A stretch of DNA of 40,880 nucleotides from Candidatus Bathyarchaeia archaeon (lineage in GTDB: Archaea > Thermoproteota > Bathyarchaeia > Bathyarchaeales > Bathycorpusculaceae), in the NCBI GenBank assembly GCA_050012755.1, contig JBEKGO010000023.1:1-40880 (forward strand), in the 5' to 3' direction. This document shows, piece by piece, positions 9,281-18,366 of the stretch (position 1 is its first letter; the number at the start of each line of letters is the position of its first letter). A program made the translations under genes and the position numbers. The notes beneath the pieces were generated by a model that made no database searches, had not been told where the DNA came from, and was given only the letters and a program-made list of their open reading frames with translations.

Positions 9281-9917
9281 AGCGGCCGCGTCTCTCTATC
9301 TCTTTTATTTTCTCATAAACTTTTTCAGTTGCTTCAACACCCAAAACTGATGAGTACCCACGTAAGACATTTTTGAAGCATTCTTCCCAAAACTGGTAAT
9401 GTGTACTTTGTAGCGCTCGCTTCATCAAATGCAAATCCACTCCCTGTGCCTCCACTTCAATGTTTTTTTCTCCTAAGCCAAAGTCGACAAAGAAAATTTT
9501 GCCTTCTGGGCTAAGAATCATATTTGAGGTTGTTAAGTCACCGTGAATTAAGCCGTGGCTGTGAAGTTTGCCGATTAACTCGCCGATTTTAACACATAAC
9601 TCCTGCCGCTGGTCTTTTGAGACATTATTCAGCAACTGCTTGATTTGCTGTCCCTCTATATACTCCATGGTGATTGAAGCTTCGGGAATGTTAACGAGGT
9701 AAATTAGCGGGGTCGGTACTCCTGCGACTTTAGCTTCATGCATCAACTGCGGCTCATGAATCGTGCGGTAACTTCGAATCCGCTTATCCAACGCGTCTGG
9801 ACGATACTTTTTTGGGATTCGCACCTTAACAATAACTTTTCTTTTGTGCCAATCGCCAAGGTAGAGGCTGGCTTCTGCGCCTTTCTTAAATAGCGTTCGC
9901 TCGTCTAATGTATCCAT
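9258..9917 (-). CDS. bud32: KEOPS kinase/ATPase Bud32
   Basis: KGAEA, KxRIPKKYR, HGDLTTSN, DFGL and C-terminal RGRY. Confidence 0.96.
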   Translation of the reverse strand: MDTLDERTLFKKGAEASLYLGDWHKRKVIVKVRIPKKYRPDALDKRIRSYRTIHEPQLMHEAKVAGVPTPLIYLVNIPEASITMEYIEGQQIKQLLNNVSKDQRQELCVKIGELIGKLHSHGLIHGDLTTSNMILSPEGKIFFVDFGLGEKNIEVEAQGVDLHLMKRALQSTHYQFWEECFKNVLRGYSSVLGVEATEKVYEKIKEIERRGRYVEERKQ

Positions 9918-10939
9918 GGCACATCCACCTTATCAACTCGCCAACGAAGCCTCACATGACTCTTATCCAACGGCGTAACCAACCCATGTTTGTAAGCTAA
10001 AACACCTGTCCAGGCAATCATGGCGCCGTTGTCGGTGGCAAATTCAAACGGAACAACATTGAAACTTGCATTATGCTCCTCAGCGATTATGCTAAGCATA
10101 TTTTGTAATCGTTTGTTGGCCGCTACGCCGCCAGTTAACAAAACTTCCCTTTTCTCAGTATGCGCCAAAGCTCGCTCAGTAACTTCAGTAACCATTGAGA
10201 AAGCATGTTCTTGAAGACTATAGCACAAATCTTCCAAGCTATAGTCGCCACTCTTCAACTGAACGGTTGCCGATGTTAACAAACCGCTAAGAGAAAGATC
10301 CATACCCTTAACAACGTACGGCAAAGAAACCAAGTTTTTGCCTTTAGCTGCCAGCCTCTCCACGGCGGCCCCAAGGGGCACACCCTTCTCGTATTTTAAG
10401 CCAGCTTGCCGAGCGAAAACGTCAAGGCAATTTCCAAGGGCAATGTCTAAGGTTTCTCCGAAAACTCTGTAGCGTCCAGCTTCAAAAGCTGTAACCATAG
10501 TGTTGCCTCCTGAAACATAAAGAGTTACAGGGTCAACGACGCCCGTTTTGAGTTTTCCAATCTCAATATGCGCCACAGAATGATTTATGCCTACAAGCGG
10601 GATGTTTAGGTATGAAGCTAACGCTCGGGCAACAGTAGCTCCTGTGCGCAAAGAGGGACCTAAGCCTGGACCTTGAGAGAACGCAATAACCGACAGGTCG
10701 TTTGGCTTCACTCCTGCAAGGCTCAAAGCTTCGTGTAATACTTTATCTGCAACTTCCGAGTGGTGTCTCGCTGCTTCTCTAGGGTGGATTCCGCCTTCCG
10801 CTGGTATGTAGCTGTCGTATTTGTTGGCAAGTATTTCTCCGTTGAATGTGGCTATGCCAACTCCGAAGTCATCTGCCGAAGATTCTATCCCTAAACAGCA
10901 AGTTTCATCTTTGTTGAGTGTTTTCTGCATGTTTTTCAT
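9905..10939 (-). CDS. kae1: tRNA t6A synthase Kae1
   Basis: GIESSA, GGIHP, GPGLGPSL, NHSVAHIE, VSGGNT, DNGAMIA. Start uncertain (10930, 10939 or 10984). Confidence 0.96.
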   Translation of the reverse strand: MKNMQKTLNKDETCCLGIESSADDFGVGIATFNGEILANKYDSYIPAEGGIHPREAARHHSEVADKVLHEALSLAGVKPNDLSVIAFSQGPGLGPSLRTGATVARALASYLNIPLVGINHSVAHIEIGKLKTGVVDPVTLYVSGGNTMVTAFEAGRYRVFGETLDIALGNCLDVFARQAGLKYEKGVPLGAAVERLAAKGKNLVSLPYVVKGMDLSLSGLLTSATVQLKSGDYSLEDLCYSLQEHAFSMVTEVTERALAHTEKREVLLTGGVAANKRLQNMLSIIAEEHNASFNVVPFEFATDNGAMIAWTGVLAYKHGLVTPLDKSHVRLRWRVDKVDVPWIH

Positions 10940-11023
10940 GGATTCCAATTTTTCTAGGGGATACATATTTTTATTTGGATTCAACGCTTATATTCTAATT
11001 GCATTATCTGGAATTGATATTGG

Positions 11024-11482
11024 ATGCCTAAACGTAATGACCTTGAACAGAAAGCACTCCATTATGTGGTAAATACTGGTTATCAAGGTGTGCTTCAATC
11101 AGATTTATGGCGTGAACTCGGAGCTAGCAGCCGAGAAGGCTCACGTGTCTCCATTAAATTGGAAGAAAAAGGGTTAATCCGTCGAGAAAAAGAACTTCAA
11201 GAAGGCAGATGGACCTACAGACTTTATCCAAAAAGGCTTCCTGCTTCTATAGAAACCATAATTGATTGCCCATGTCTACTTTGTCCGGACAATGCAAGAT
11301 GTGATCCAACAACCGCGCTTTCTCCAAAAAGCTGCCCGAAACTTACCGATTGGATACTTGGTTTAGGAAAAGAAGCTACCGCTGCTCCTGTTGCACCTGA
11401 AGGACCTAACGAACCACAGGCACCAAGCGAGCCAAGCTCAGAAGAGGATGATTCCGTTGCCGAAAGCTTGGATTCGAGATAG
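11024..11482 (+). CDS. TFEbeta / RPC34(C34)-like transcription factor (winged helix plus Fe-S domain)
   Basis: wHTH (GVLQSDLWRELGASSREGSR...LEEKGLI) followed by PCLLCPDNARC...SPKSCPKLTDW, which matches the RPC34/TFEbeta [4Fe-4S] motif. Confidence 0.85.
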   Translation: MPKRNDLEQKALHYVVNTGYQGVLQSDLWRELGASSREGSRVSIKLEEKGLIRREKELQEGRWTYRLYPKRLPASIETIIDCPCLLCPDNARCDPTTALSPKSCPKLTDWILGLGKEATAAPVAPEGPNEPQAPSEPSSEEDDSVAESLDSR

Positions 11483-12089
11483 AAAACGCGAATACTACTA
11501 CAAAAAAGCCAAGGAAGAAAACTATCGTTCTAGAGCCACATACAAGCTAGCTCAAGCTAACGAGAAATACGGTTTCATAAAAAGAAATGATGTTGTAGTT
11601 GATTTAGGCGCTGCGCCAGGTGGCTGGATTCAAGCTGAGAGAAAAATGACTGGAAAAAACGGTTACGTTTTAGGTATTGATCTTAAACCAATAGAGCCCT
11701 TCACTCAAGAATATGTTCGCACAATTATTGCAGACTTCAATGAACCAGATATTATAGATCAAATTCGTTCTTTTCTGCCTCGCGAAGCTGACGTGGTGGT
11801 TTCTGACGCAGCCCCAAACATAACTGGCGTTTGGGAAGTTGATCAAGCAAAACAAATTGACTTAGCAACCAGAGCATTAGAAATAGCTCAATGCGTACTA
11901 CGACCACAAGGAAATTTTTTTGTAAAACTCTTTGAAGGCGAAATGTTCAACGAATTTATTCTCACAGCAAAAGAACTTTTTGAAACAGTCAAGATTGTGA
12001 AACCACTGGCCAGCCGACAAAAAAGTTCAGAAATGTATCTTTTAGCTTTAGGTTTGAAATCCAAGGGTAAATGTGAGGAGGAAACCTAA
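11457..12089 (+). CDS. rlmE: 23S rRNA 2'-O-methyltransferase RlmE/RrmJ/FtsJ
   Basis: YRSRATYKL, DLGAAPGGW, SDAAPNITG, ASRQKSSE. Start is probably TTG 11457 or ATG 11448 rather than 11391. Confidence 0.95.
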   Translation: MPKAWIRDRKREYYYKKAKEENYRSRATYKLAQANEKYGFIKRNDVVVDLGAAPGGWIQAERKMTGKNGYVLGIDLKPIEPFTQEYVRTIIADFNEPDIIDQIRSFLPREADVVVSDAAPNITGVWEVDQAKQIDLATRALEIAQCVLRPQGNFFVKLFEGEMFNEFILTAKELFETVKIVKPLASRQKSSEMYLLALGLKSKGKCEEET

Positions 12090-12115
12090 TTTCTTCTTTT
12101 CGCCAAATTATTTGA

Positions 12116-12820
12116 TTGGTGAGTTACTTGAGAATTATATCGGCGGATTCTGCGGCTGCAATCCTTGATCAACAGTTTAAGCCGCTGTACCTTGTTGCTT
12201 CCGTTTCAGTGCTTGTTAATCCACCATATAGGGAGCCCTCCTTTCGGTTGGCTGAACCAATTTTTAGGGAAGTTGACGACGGTTTTGAAGTTATAGTCCA
12301 TGAGGCGGAGCTTTGCAGAAGTTTGCTAGATAAAATGAAAGCTGATGTCGTGCATCTGGATATGTCGCTTGGTGGCGTTTCAATTGAGGAGTTATCGCCA
12401 GTTGAGCTCATAAACTTGCGAGCGTCAAGAACTGGGCGAGCACATATTCTCAAGATTTTGCCTAGATTAAGAAAAATTGCTGGAGAAATCAAACGAGTTC
12501 ATGACGTGGATATGTTGGCTATTGGTAAAGAGAGTGTTGCTGTGCGGATTGCAGAGTTAACGGCTGGTGCAGAAGCGATTCTTTTTGCATGCAAGAAAGC
12601 GGTTGATGAAAAAGAACCCATTTTGCTGGGATTGCCTCACATGTGTCAACCCACGTTACTGCAGAACCGAGTATATCTTTGCTCACTAATGGCAGCTGAG
12701 CATGATATGCGTAGTTTTGCCGTTGATACAGAAGATATATTAACGAAGGTTAAATTATCAGAAAGCTTAAATCCCATTGCACGAGGATTTCGGGTCTTAA
12801 AGATTAAGCCAACAAGTTAG
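12116..12820 (+). CDS. DUF4152-family protein
   Basis: LRIISADSAAAILD...VHLDMSLGG...IGKESVAVRIAEL...LGLP pattern, recognised from archaeal DUF4152 proteins. Confidence 0.75.
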   Translation: MVSYLRIISADSAAAILDQQFKPLYLVASVSVLVNPPYREPSFRLAEPIFREVDDGFEVIVHEAELCRSLLDKMKADVVHLDMSLGGVSIEELSPVELINLRASRTGRAHILKILPRLRKIAGEIKRVHDVDMLAIGKESVAVRIAELTAGAEAILFACKKAVDEKEPILLGLPHMCQPTLLQNRVYLCSLMAAEHDMRSFAVDTEDILTKVKLSESLNPIARGFRVLKIKPTS

Positions 12821-12833
12821 AAAGGTCTGTTAA

Positions 12834-13385
12834 ATGAAACTTGATTTATCGTTTTGGCGCAACGCTTCGTCAAAACGAAAAAGAATCTATACAATAATTT
12901 TTATTTTCGTACTCGCGTCTATTCTTACTGTTATCGGAAGTTATATTCCTCTCAGCCACAATGATGCACAGACAATAAGTGACACTTTAAACTCAACTCT
13001 CAACACGCATAAAGCCAATAACAGCTTAACAGAATACATTTTCTTAAACAACTTCGAAATTTGTCTTCTAATGTTCATTCCTATAATTGGTGCTGTACTA
13101 GGACTTGCGATTCTATTCAACACTGGCATTGCTCTAGGCGCAATAGCGTCCGTACAAGGTTATCCAGTTGCCATAGGTTTGCTGAGCTTGGTAATAACTC
13201 CTGTGTTCTGGCTAGAATTCACAGCCTATTCAATTGCTATTGCGGAGAGTATTTGGTTGACACGACGGCTATTGCAGCATAGATGGCTTGAAGTGAAAAA
13301 TACTGCAATCCTAATTGCAGTTTGCGCAGGAATACTTATTGTAGGCGCTATAATTGAAGCGTGGCTAATAAACCTCGGAATTTAA
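12834..13385 (+). CDS. SpoIIM/DUF95-family membrane protein
   Basis: IFLNN...LFNTG...WLEF...GAIIE motifs in a multi-TM protein. Confidence 0.85.
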   Translation: MKLDLSFWRNASSKRKRIYTIIFIFVLASILTVIGSYIPLSHNDAQTISDTLNSTLNTHKANNSLTEYIFLNNFEICLLMFIPIIGAVLGLAILFNTGIALGAIASVQGYPVAIGLLSLVITPVFWLEFTAYSIAIAESIWLTRRLLQHRWLEVKNTAILIAVCAGILIVGAIIEAWLINLGI

Positions 13386-13399
13386 AGCAAATAACCTTT

Positions 13400-14254
13400 T
13401 TAATCTTTCACAATTTCCAAGCTAATGTCCATTGCCTTAACGCTGTGAGTAAGTTCGCCCAAACTAATAATATCAACTTGGGCCGTTGCATACTCCAGCA
13501 TTGTTTCACTCGTAATTCCACCACTCACTTCCAGCAGCACATCGCCAAAGCCGGCGTTCCTTAACATTTCACTTGCTTCTTTAGCCTGTTTAGGCGAGAA
13601 ATTATCCAACATAACTATGTCAACTCCTGCTCTTGCAGCTTTCACAGCGTCTTCGGCATTTGTTACTTCAACTTCAATTTTTTTGGTAAAAGAGCCGCTT
13701 GCTTTTGCCTTTTTGACAGCCTCTTCAACGCTTCCAACAATGGCTAAATGGTTGTCTTTTATCAAAATCATATCATCCAAATGCAACCTGTGCGGATCTC
13801 CGCTTCCGGCTAATACCGCTTTCTTATCAAAATAGAGCAAGCCTGGAGCTGATTTTCGAGTTGCAGCAATTTTCGTCTTTACGCCGGCTTTTTCAAGTTT
13901 GGATGTTAAGCTTCGCGTTTTAGTTGCAATTCCACTCATTCGAGAAAGAAGATTCAGCAAAGTTCTTTCGGCTGCCAGAATAGTTTGTGCATCACCATAA
14001 ATTTCCATCAGAACCTGTTTGTTCTTGATTTTGTCTCCATCAACGACTCTAGCTTGAACCTTCAATCCTAGGAATTCAGCAAGAATAGTTGCCTCTTCTA
14101 TTCCAGCCGCTACACCTTCCTCTTTAGCAGTAACTAATGCGTTAACCGTTAAGTTTGGCGGAATAATTGCTGCTGAAGTTACGTCACCCTGTCCTAGGTC
14201 TTCAGCGAGCAATTGGCTAAGTTTTTCTTCCAGAATTTTTCGTGGAACAAACAT
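13400..14254 (-). CDS. nadC: Quinolinate phosphoribosyltransferase
   Basis: EDLGQGDVT, AERTLLN, TRK, LIKDNH, EVEV, MLDN, SGGI. Confidence 0.95.
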   Translation of the reverse strand: MFVPRKILEEKLSQLLAEDLGQGDVTSAAIIPPNLTVNALVTAKEEGVAAGIEEATILAEFLGLKVQARVVDGDKIKNKQVLMEIYGDAQTILAAERTLLNLLSRMSGIATKTRSLTSKLEKAGVKTKIAATRKSAPGLLYFDKKAVLAGSGDPHRLHLDDMILIKDNHLAIVGSVEEAVKKAKASGSFTKKIEVEVTNAEDAVKAARAGVDIVMLDNFSPKQAKEASEMLRNAGFGDVLLEVSGGITSETMLEYATAQVDIISLGELTHSVKAMDISLEIVKD

Positions 14255-14345
14255 ACTCTTAATGTTAACTTTAAGCCTTAAATTACTTGCTTTTTTTGAG
14301 TTAATATGGGATAATTATAATAAATTCCCGACATTGTGTATGTAT

Positions 14346-15485
14346 ATGCGACTCCTGTGTAGCTGTTCAGAGCTTGGCTTAGGCCATGTTTCCCGCATTA
14401 TACCATTAGGTAAACGACTTGAGGCGCATGGTCATGAAATATTCTTTTTCTCAGGCGGCAAAGCACATGAGTTGCTTCAAAAGGAGTTTAAAAATGTTTA
14501 CAAGTGCACCCCAATTTCTTGGTACGAAAATGCTCATGGGATAATTACTTCGGCTTCCCTGGTTAACCTTTTTTTTCCTCTTCCATTATTTAACAATGAA
14601 AAAAATAGGCTTGAAATAAAAAATTCTAATGCATGGGAAACTATTCACCGTTACTATGACCTTAGGGAAAATATACATGAAATAGCACCTGACCTTCTCA
14701 TCGCCGACGGCGACATAAACGCGCTTCGGCTTGCTCAAAGATGGAAAATTCCGTCTGTTTACATAGCTAACATGATTAGGCCAAGCTATGGTTTTAGTGC
14801 TTTCTTGAGTCCAGGCGAACGTGTTGTTGAGAGATACGTAAAGCAGTGTTCAAAAATAATAATTCCCGATAATCCACCTCCCTACACTATTTCTGAGTAC
14901 AGCATTGGAAACTTGGATAACCTGGGATTAAGCGGAAAAGTTGAGTACATAGGAAGCTTTGTAGATACAACACCCGTCAAAGGTTCACATGACCATATTT
15001 TTGCTCCCATAAGCGGACCACCCGGAACAAGAGGAAAACTAATAAAAACCCTTATCCCAGTTCTTGAAAAACTCAAAACCAAATGCATAATTAGCCTTGG
15101 AACGCCGGGCAAAAAAGTCAGCGCCAAAATTGGAAACTGCGAACTTCACACGTGGCTATCTGCTGAAGAACGGCAAGAAGCTATGAGAAACGCTAAATTC
15201 GTAATTTTTAGTGGTGGACATGCAACATGTTTTGAAACGATCAAATATTTAAAACCGAGTATTTGTATTCCAACTCAGCCTGAGCAGTTGGGCAACGCTG
15301 CTAAACTTCAAGACTTGAAATGTTCAATAACTGCCAAAAACAAAAGTCAATTGCGAAAGGCAATTGCCAAATTAGAAAGGGATCAAGAATCCTATAATCG
15401 CAACGTATCAGCGCTAAACGAGTTCTCTTGCAAGTTTAAAGGTTTAGACAAGGCAGTTAAAATCGTTGAAACCATGCTAGATTAG
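14346..15485 (+). CDS. GT-B glycosyltransferase (GT28-like / MJ1255 family)
   Basis: GLGHVSR, PDLLIADG, SGGHAT, QPEQLGNA. Start is probably 14340 or 14346. Confidence 0.85.
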   Translation: MRLLCSCSELGLGHVSRIIPLGKRLEAHGHEIFFFSGGKAHELLQKEFKNVYKCTPISWYENAHGIITSASLVNLFFPLPLFNNEKNRLEIKNSNAWETIHRYYDLRENIHEIAPDLLIADGDINALRLAQRWKIPSVYIANMIRPSYGFSAFLSPGERVVERYVKQCSKIIIPDNPPPYTISEYSIGNLDNLGLSGKVEYIGSFVDTTPVKGSHDHIFAPISGPPGTRGKLIKTLIPVLEKLKTKCIISLGTPGKKVSAKIGNCELHTWLSAEERQEAMRNAKFVIFSGGHATCFETIKYLKPSICIPTQPEQLGNAAKLQDLKCSITAKNKSQLRKAIAKLERDQESYNRNVSALNEFSCKFKGLDKAVKIVETMLD

Positions 15486-15494
15486 GCTGTGTTC

Positions 15495-16118
15495 CTATTT
15501 GCTGAGTAGAACCCGTTTTACTTCGCCCATCGGCGTTTCTTCTTCAAAAACTATCGCTTTAAACTTGTAGATCTTAACGCCCTTTGTTAACCAGCTATCA
15601 GGCGGAATTCCGGCTTTAACGCAACATTGGCAAAGAAATTCTTCCTCACACCATCCCCATTCAACAGGGACCTGTGGCAAAAGTAAACCTTTGTAGTAGC
15701 CCCTTTCAACGATTAAGCCGTCTTCACCAACCTTGATTTTACTAAGATACTCCTTTGGATTCGCAACTTGCACGGGCTCCGGAGGCGTTAGAACGCTTAC
15801 CTCAAAAACAACTTTTTCCAACTCATCTGCAGACAAGGGTTCAAACCGTGGGTCCTCTGTTGCAGCGTTAATGGCGGAATCAATCACTGCATCCACAAGT
15901 GGACTAGTCGGGTAAGGATAACCGATACACCCTCGTAGCTCTTTTTCCCCGTTCCGAATCCTGTTTATAGTTACGAAAACGCCGCATTGCTCAAAAAACT
16001 TTTTAGCTGTGTCTTTTGGAGGCAAAATTTTCTTGCCGTTTTGCAAATACTCTTTGACGGTAGTTCTGGCAAGTTGGATTAAGAATTTTCCTTCATCCTG
16101 TGTTAGTTCAAACGACAT
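15495..16118 (-). CDS. AMMECR1-domain protein (TIGR00296 family)
   Basis: GVFVT, LRGCIG, EDPRF, EVSVLT, GLLLPQV. Confidence 0.95.
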   Translation of the reverse strand: MSFELTQDEGKFLIQLARTTVKEYLQNGKKILPPKDTAKKFFEQCGVFVTINRIRNGEKELRGCIGYPYPTSPLVDAVIDSAINAATEDPRFEPLSADELEKVVFEVSVLTPPEPVQVANPKEYLSKIKVGEDGLIVERGYYKGLLLPQVPVEWGWCEEEFLCQCCVKAGIPPDSWLTKGVKIYKFKAIVFEEETPMGEVKRVLLSK

Positions 16119-16186
16119 AACATATTTCCGTTCCTTGGCAATGCTGAATCATTTTTACTATTAAAGAGAAATTTGGGAAAAATGGT

Positions 16187-16879
16187 TTAAAACTTTACGG
16201 AGTCTTCAGCGATGCCTTCCTTCGTTATAATAAGGAAGTCAATTCCGTCACCGCTCATAGAATCCCTACTAACGGCTGATTTTATAGACCGGGTAACAAG
16301 CTCTTTAGCTTCTTGTGCGTTCATGTTTTCTCTGTAGCCCTCTTCGATGACGCCGATCGCTAATTCTGTTCCTGAACCTACAACCGCATATTTATCAGGT
16401 ATAAGTGACCCCAAAACGTCAAGTACAAAAAGCGAGGGACCTTCTTCGTCTAAGCCACCGACAATTGTCTGTGTGATCAGCGGGGCATATCGGCGGTTAA
16501 ACAGCACTGTAGCCATCAGTTTAGCCGCTGAACCCACGCTAATTTTTCTGCCCGTGTCCATGCTATAAAGATTAGCTTGTGCTTCCATTTCTTTGGCGAG
16601 AATTTGCATGTCTCCAACAAGTCCAGCGCAGGCAACGCCGATTCTGTCCGTTATTTTGAACACTTTTTTGCCGCCTTTACTCATGATGAAATATCCATAT
16701 GTTACTCTTTTTTCAGCGGCTAATATTACTCCGTCTGAAAAAACTACGCCAACAGTGGTAGCGCCTGGCATCCATGCGTAGCCACCTTGCTGAGCTTGTT
16801 CTTGTTGACCTTGGCCTTGTGGCATTGGCATTTGTGGGATTTGGGGAATTTGAGGTAGTTGTGGACCGTAATTTTCCAT
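16187..16879 (-). CDS. psmB: Proteasome beta-type subunit, probably the non-catalytic paralog
   Basis: GATTVG, KKVFKITD, AGLVGD, VGSG, RDSMSGDG. The Thr1 position is Ala. Confidence 0.93.
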   Translation of the reverse strand: MENYGPQLPQIPQIPQMPMPQGQGQQEQAQQGGYAWMPGATTVGVVFSDGVILAAEKRVTYGYFIMSKGGKKVFKITDRIGVACAGLVGDMQILAKEMEAQANLYSMDTGRKISVGSAAKLMATVLFNRRYAPLITQTIVGGLDEEGPSLFVLDVLGSLIPDKYAVVGSGTELAIGVIEEGYRENMNAQEAKELVTRSIKSAVSRDSMSGDGIDFLIITKEGIAEDSVKF

Positions 16880-16965
16880 AATTTTCGCCTTTTCCCGTTG
16901 TTATACACAAAACAAATTATTAAGGTTGCTTATAACCATTATAGGGTAGACGGATTGAGTCGTCT

Positions 16966-17136
16966 ATGGACAATTCTAACCGGTTGAAGTGTCAAAAATG
17001 AGGAAAACCTGTCGGTTATGGAACTGTTTCTGCTAAAAGTTTCTTGGTGTCTTCACCGGCGTTAGATAATATTGAACTTATTGCTGAATGCCCCGATTGC
17101 TCAGGCAAAACAGGTTTTTGCCGCAAAAACTTTTAA
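16966..17136 (+). pseudogene. Small Zn-ribbon-like ORF with in-frame TGA (pseudogene, base error or recoded)
   Basis: MDNSNRLKCQK*GKPVGYGTVSAKSFLVSSPALDNIELIAECPDCSGKTGFCRKNF*. The TGA at 16999-17001 occupies the second Cys of a CxxCG motif. Confidence 0.6.
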
Positions 17137-17175
17137 CATACCCTTTACCTTTTACAGAGGCAATAACCGCGCTGG

Positions 17176-17775
17176 TTGAAGTTGATGATAGAAATTTATT
17201 CCCAAAACATTGACGATGTCTGGTTCAGCATTGCCTTTGAAAAACAGCAAATTATTACCTCATCATTTGGTGTAAATCGACAGTTAACGTTAAGTAACAT
17301 TTTAAGAAATCTTCCGTTCAACGTATCTTTCGAGTTTTTTCATGAACCCTCTGTCTTCGCTAGAAGCATTCTTGCTTCTCTCAAAGACATTTATGATGGT
17401 AAAGGTATTGATTCAAACTTCCCTTTAGCTTTGAATCGTTTGCCCGCATACACTCAAAAAACTCTTAAAACAACCGCCAAGATTCCGCTTGGCTATTTGG
17501 CTTCTTACGGCTCAATTGCTAAAGCAGTAGGTGGTAGTCCAAGGGCTGTTGGAAACGTTATGGCATCAAACCCTTTTGCCCCTATCATTCCTTGCCATAG
17601 AGTTGTAAAATCAGATTTTACATTGGGCGGTTATGGAGGAGGGTTAAAAGTCAAACTTGAACTCTTGAGTCGAGAGAAGAGAGGCTTTTCCTCGTCAACA
17701 GAAGTGGAAGTTAATGGACATATGCTCCAGGTTTTTCCAGTCGAATATTCACTTGGAAGACTTTGCTTAAACTAA
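17176..17775 (+). CDS. ogt: Methylated-DNA--protein-cysteine methyltransferase
   Basis: SYGSIAKAVG, RAVG, the PCHRV active site and GGYGGG. Confidence 0.93.
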   Translation: MKLMIEIYSQNIDDVWFSIAFEKQQIITSSFGVNRQLTLSNILRNLPFNVSFEFFHEPSVFARSILASLKDIYDGKGIDSNFPLALNRLPAYTQKTLKTTAKIPLGYLASYGSIAKAVGGSPRAVGNVMASNPFAPIIPCHRVVKSDFTLGGYGGGLKVKLELLSREKRGFSSSTEVEVNGHMLQVFPVEYSLGRLCLN

Positions 17776-17838
17776 ATTTTCTGGTTAACGCAAATCATAA
17801 AAGCATGCGAGCTTAACCTCAAAGGAGAGGAAACATCA

Positions 17839-18366
17839 TTGGTTAATAGAGGTCTTTACGTTGGAAGGTTCCAACCTTTCCATTTGGGTCACCTTGGCGC
17901 TATCAGGGCAGTACTAAAAGAAATTGATGAACTTGTCATTGTTATCGGCAGCGCTCAATACAGCCATAACGGAAATAACCCGTTCACGGCAGGCGAAAGA
18001 CTAGTTATGATTCGCAATGCTTTACAAGAAGCCAAAGTGGATTATTCAAGACTTTGGGTCGTTCCTGTTCCAGATGTTCATTTGCACATGCTGTGGGTTA
18101 GCGCTCTTGAAGGTTATACCCCAAAGTTTAATGTTGTTTTTTCCAATGAACCCTTAACACAAAGACTTTTCATGGAAAAAGGTTACCCCGTCAAAAACAT
18201 TACCTTCTTCGATAGGCAACTTTACATGTCAACGATTGTTAGGGAAAAAATGCTTCAGAATGAAAGCTGGATGGAGCTTGTCCCAAAAAGCGTCGCAAAC
18301 TTCATCAAGGAAATAGATGGCGTAAACAGGCTAAGAGACTTAGCCAAAACAGACAAGGTTTGTTAG
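17839..18366 (+). CDS. nadM: Nicotinamide-nucleotide adenylyltransferase
   Basis: GRFQPFHLGH, GSAQ, NPFTAGER. Confidence 0.95.
   Translation: MVNRGLYVGRFQPFHLGHLGAIRAVLKEIDELVIVIGSAQYSHNGNNPFTAGERLVMIRNALQEAKVDYSRLWVVPVPDVHLHMLWVSALEGYTPKFNVVFSNEPLTQRLFMEKGYPVKNITFFDRQLYMSTIVREKMLQNESWMELVPKSVANFIKEIDGVNRLRDLAKTDKVC

Noticed and set aside
16800-16866. PQ/GQ-encoding imperfect repeats
   Set aside because: Coding low-complexity sequence in psmB, not a DNA repeat array.
13400-18366. nadC and nadM as an NAD operon
   Set aside because: They are on opposite strands and separated by unrelated genes; nadA and nadB are absent from the window.
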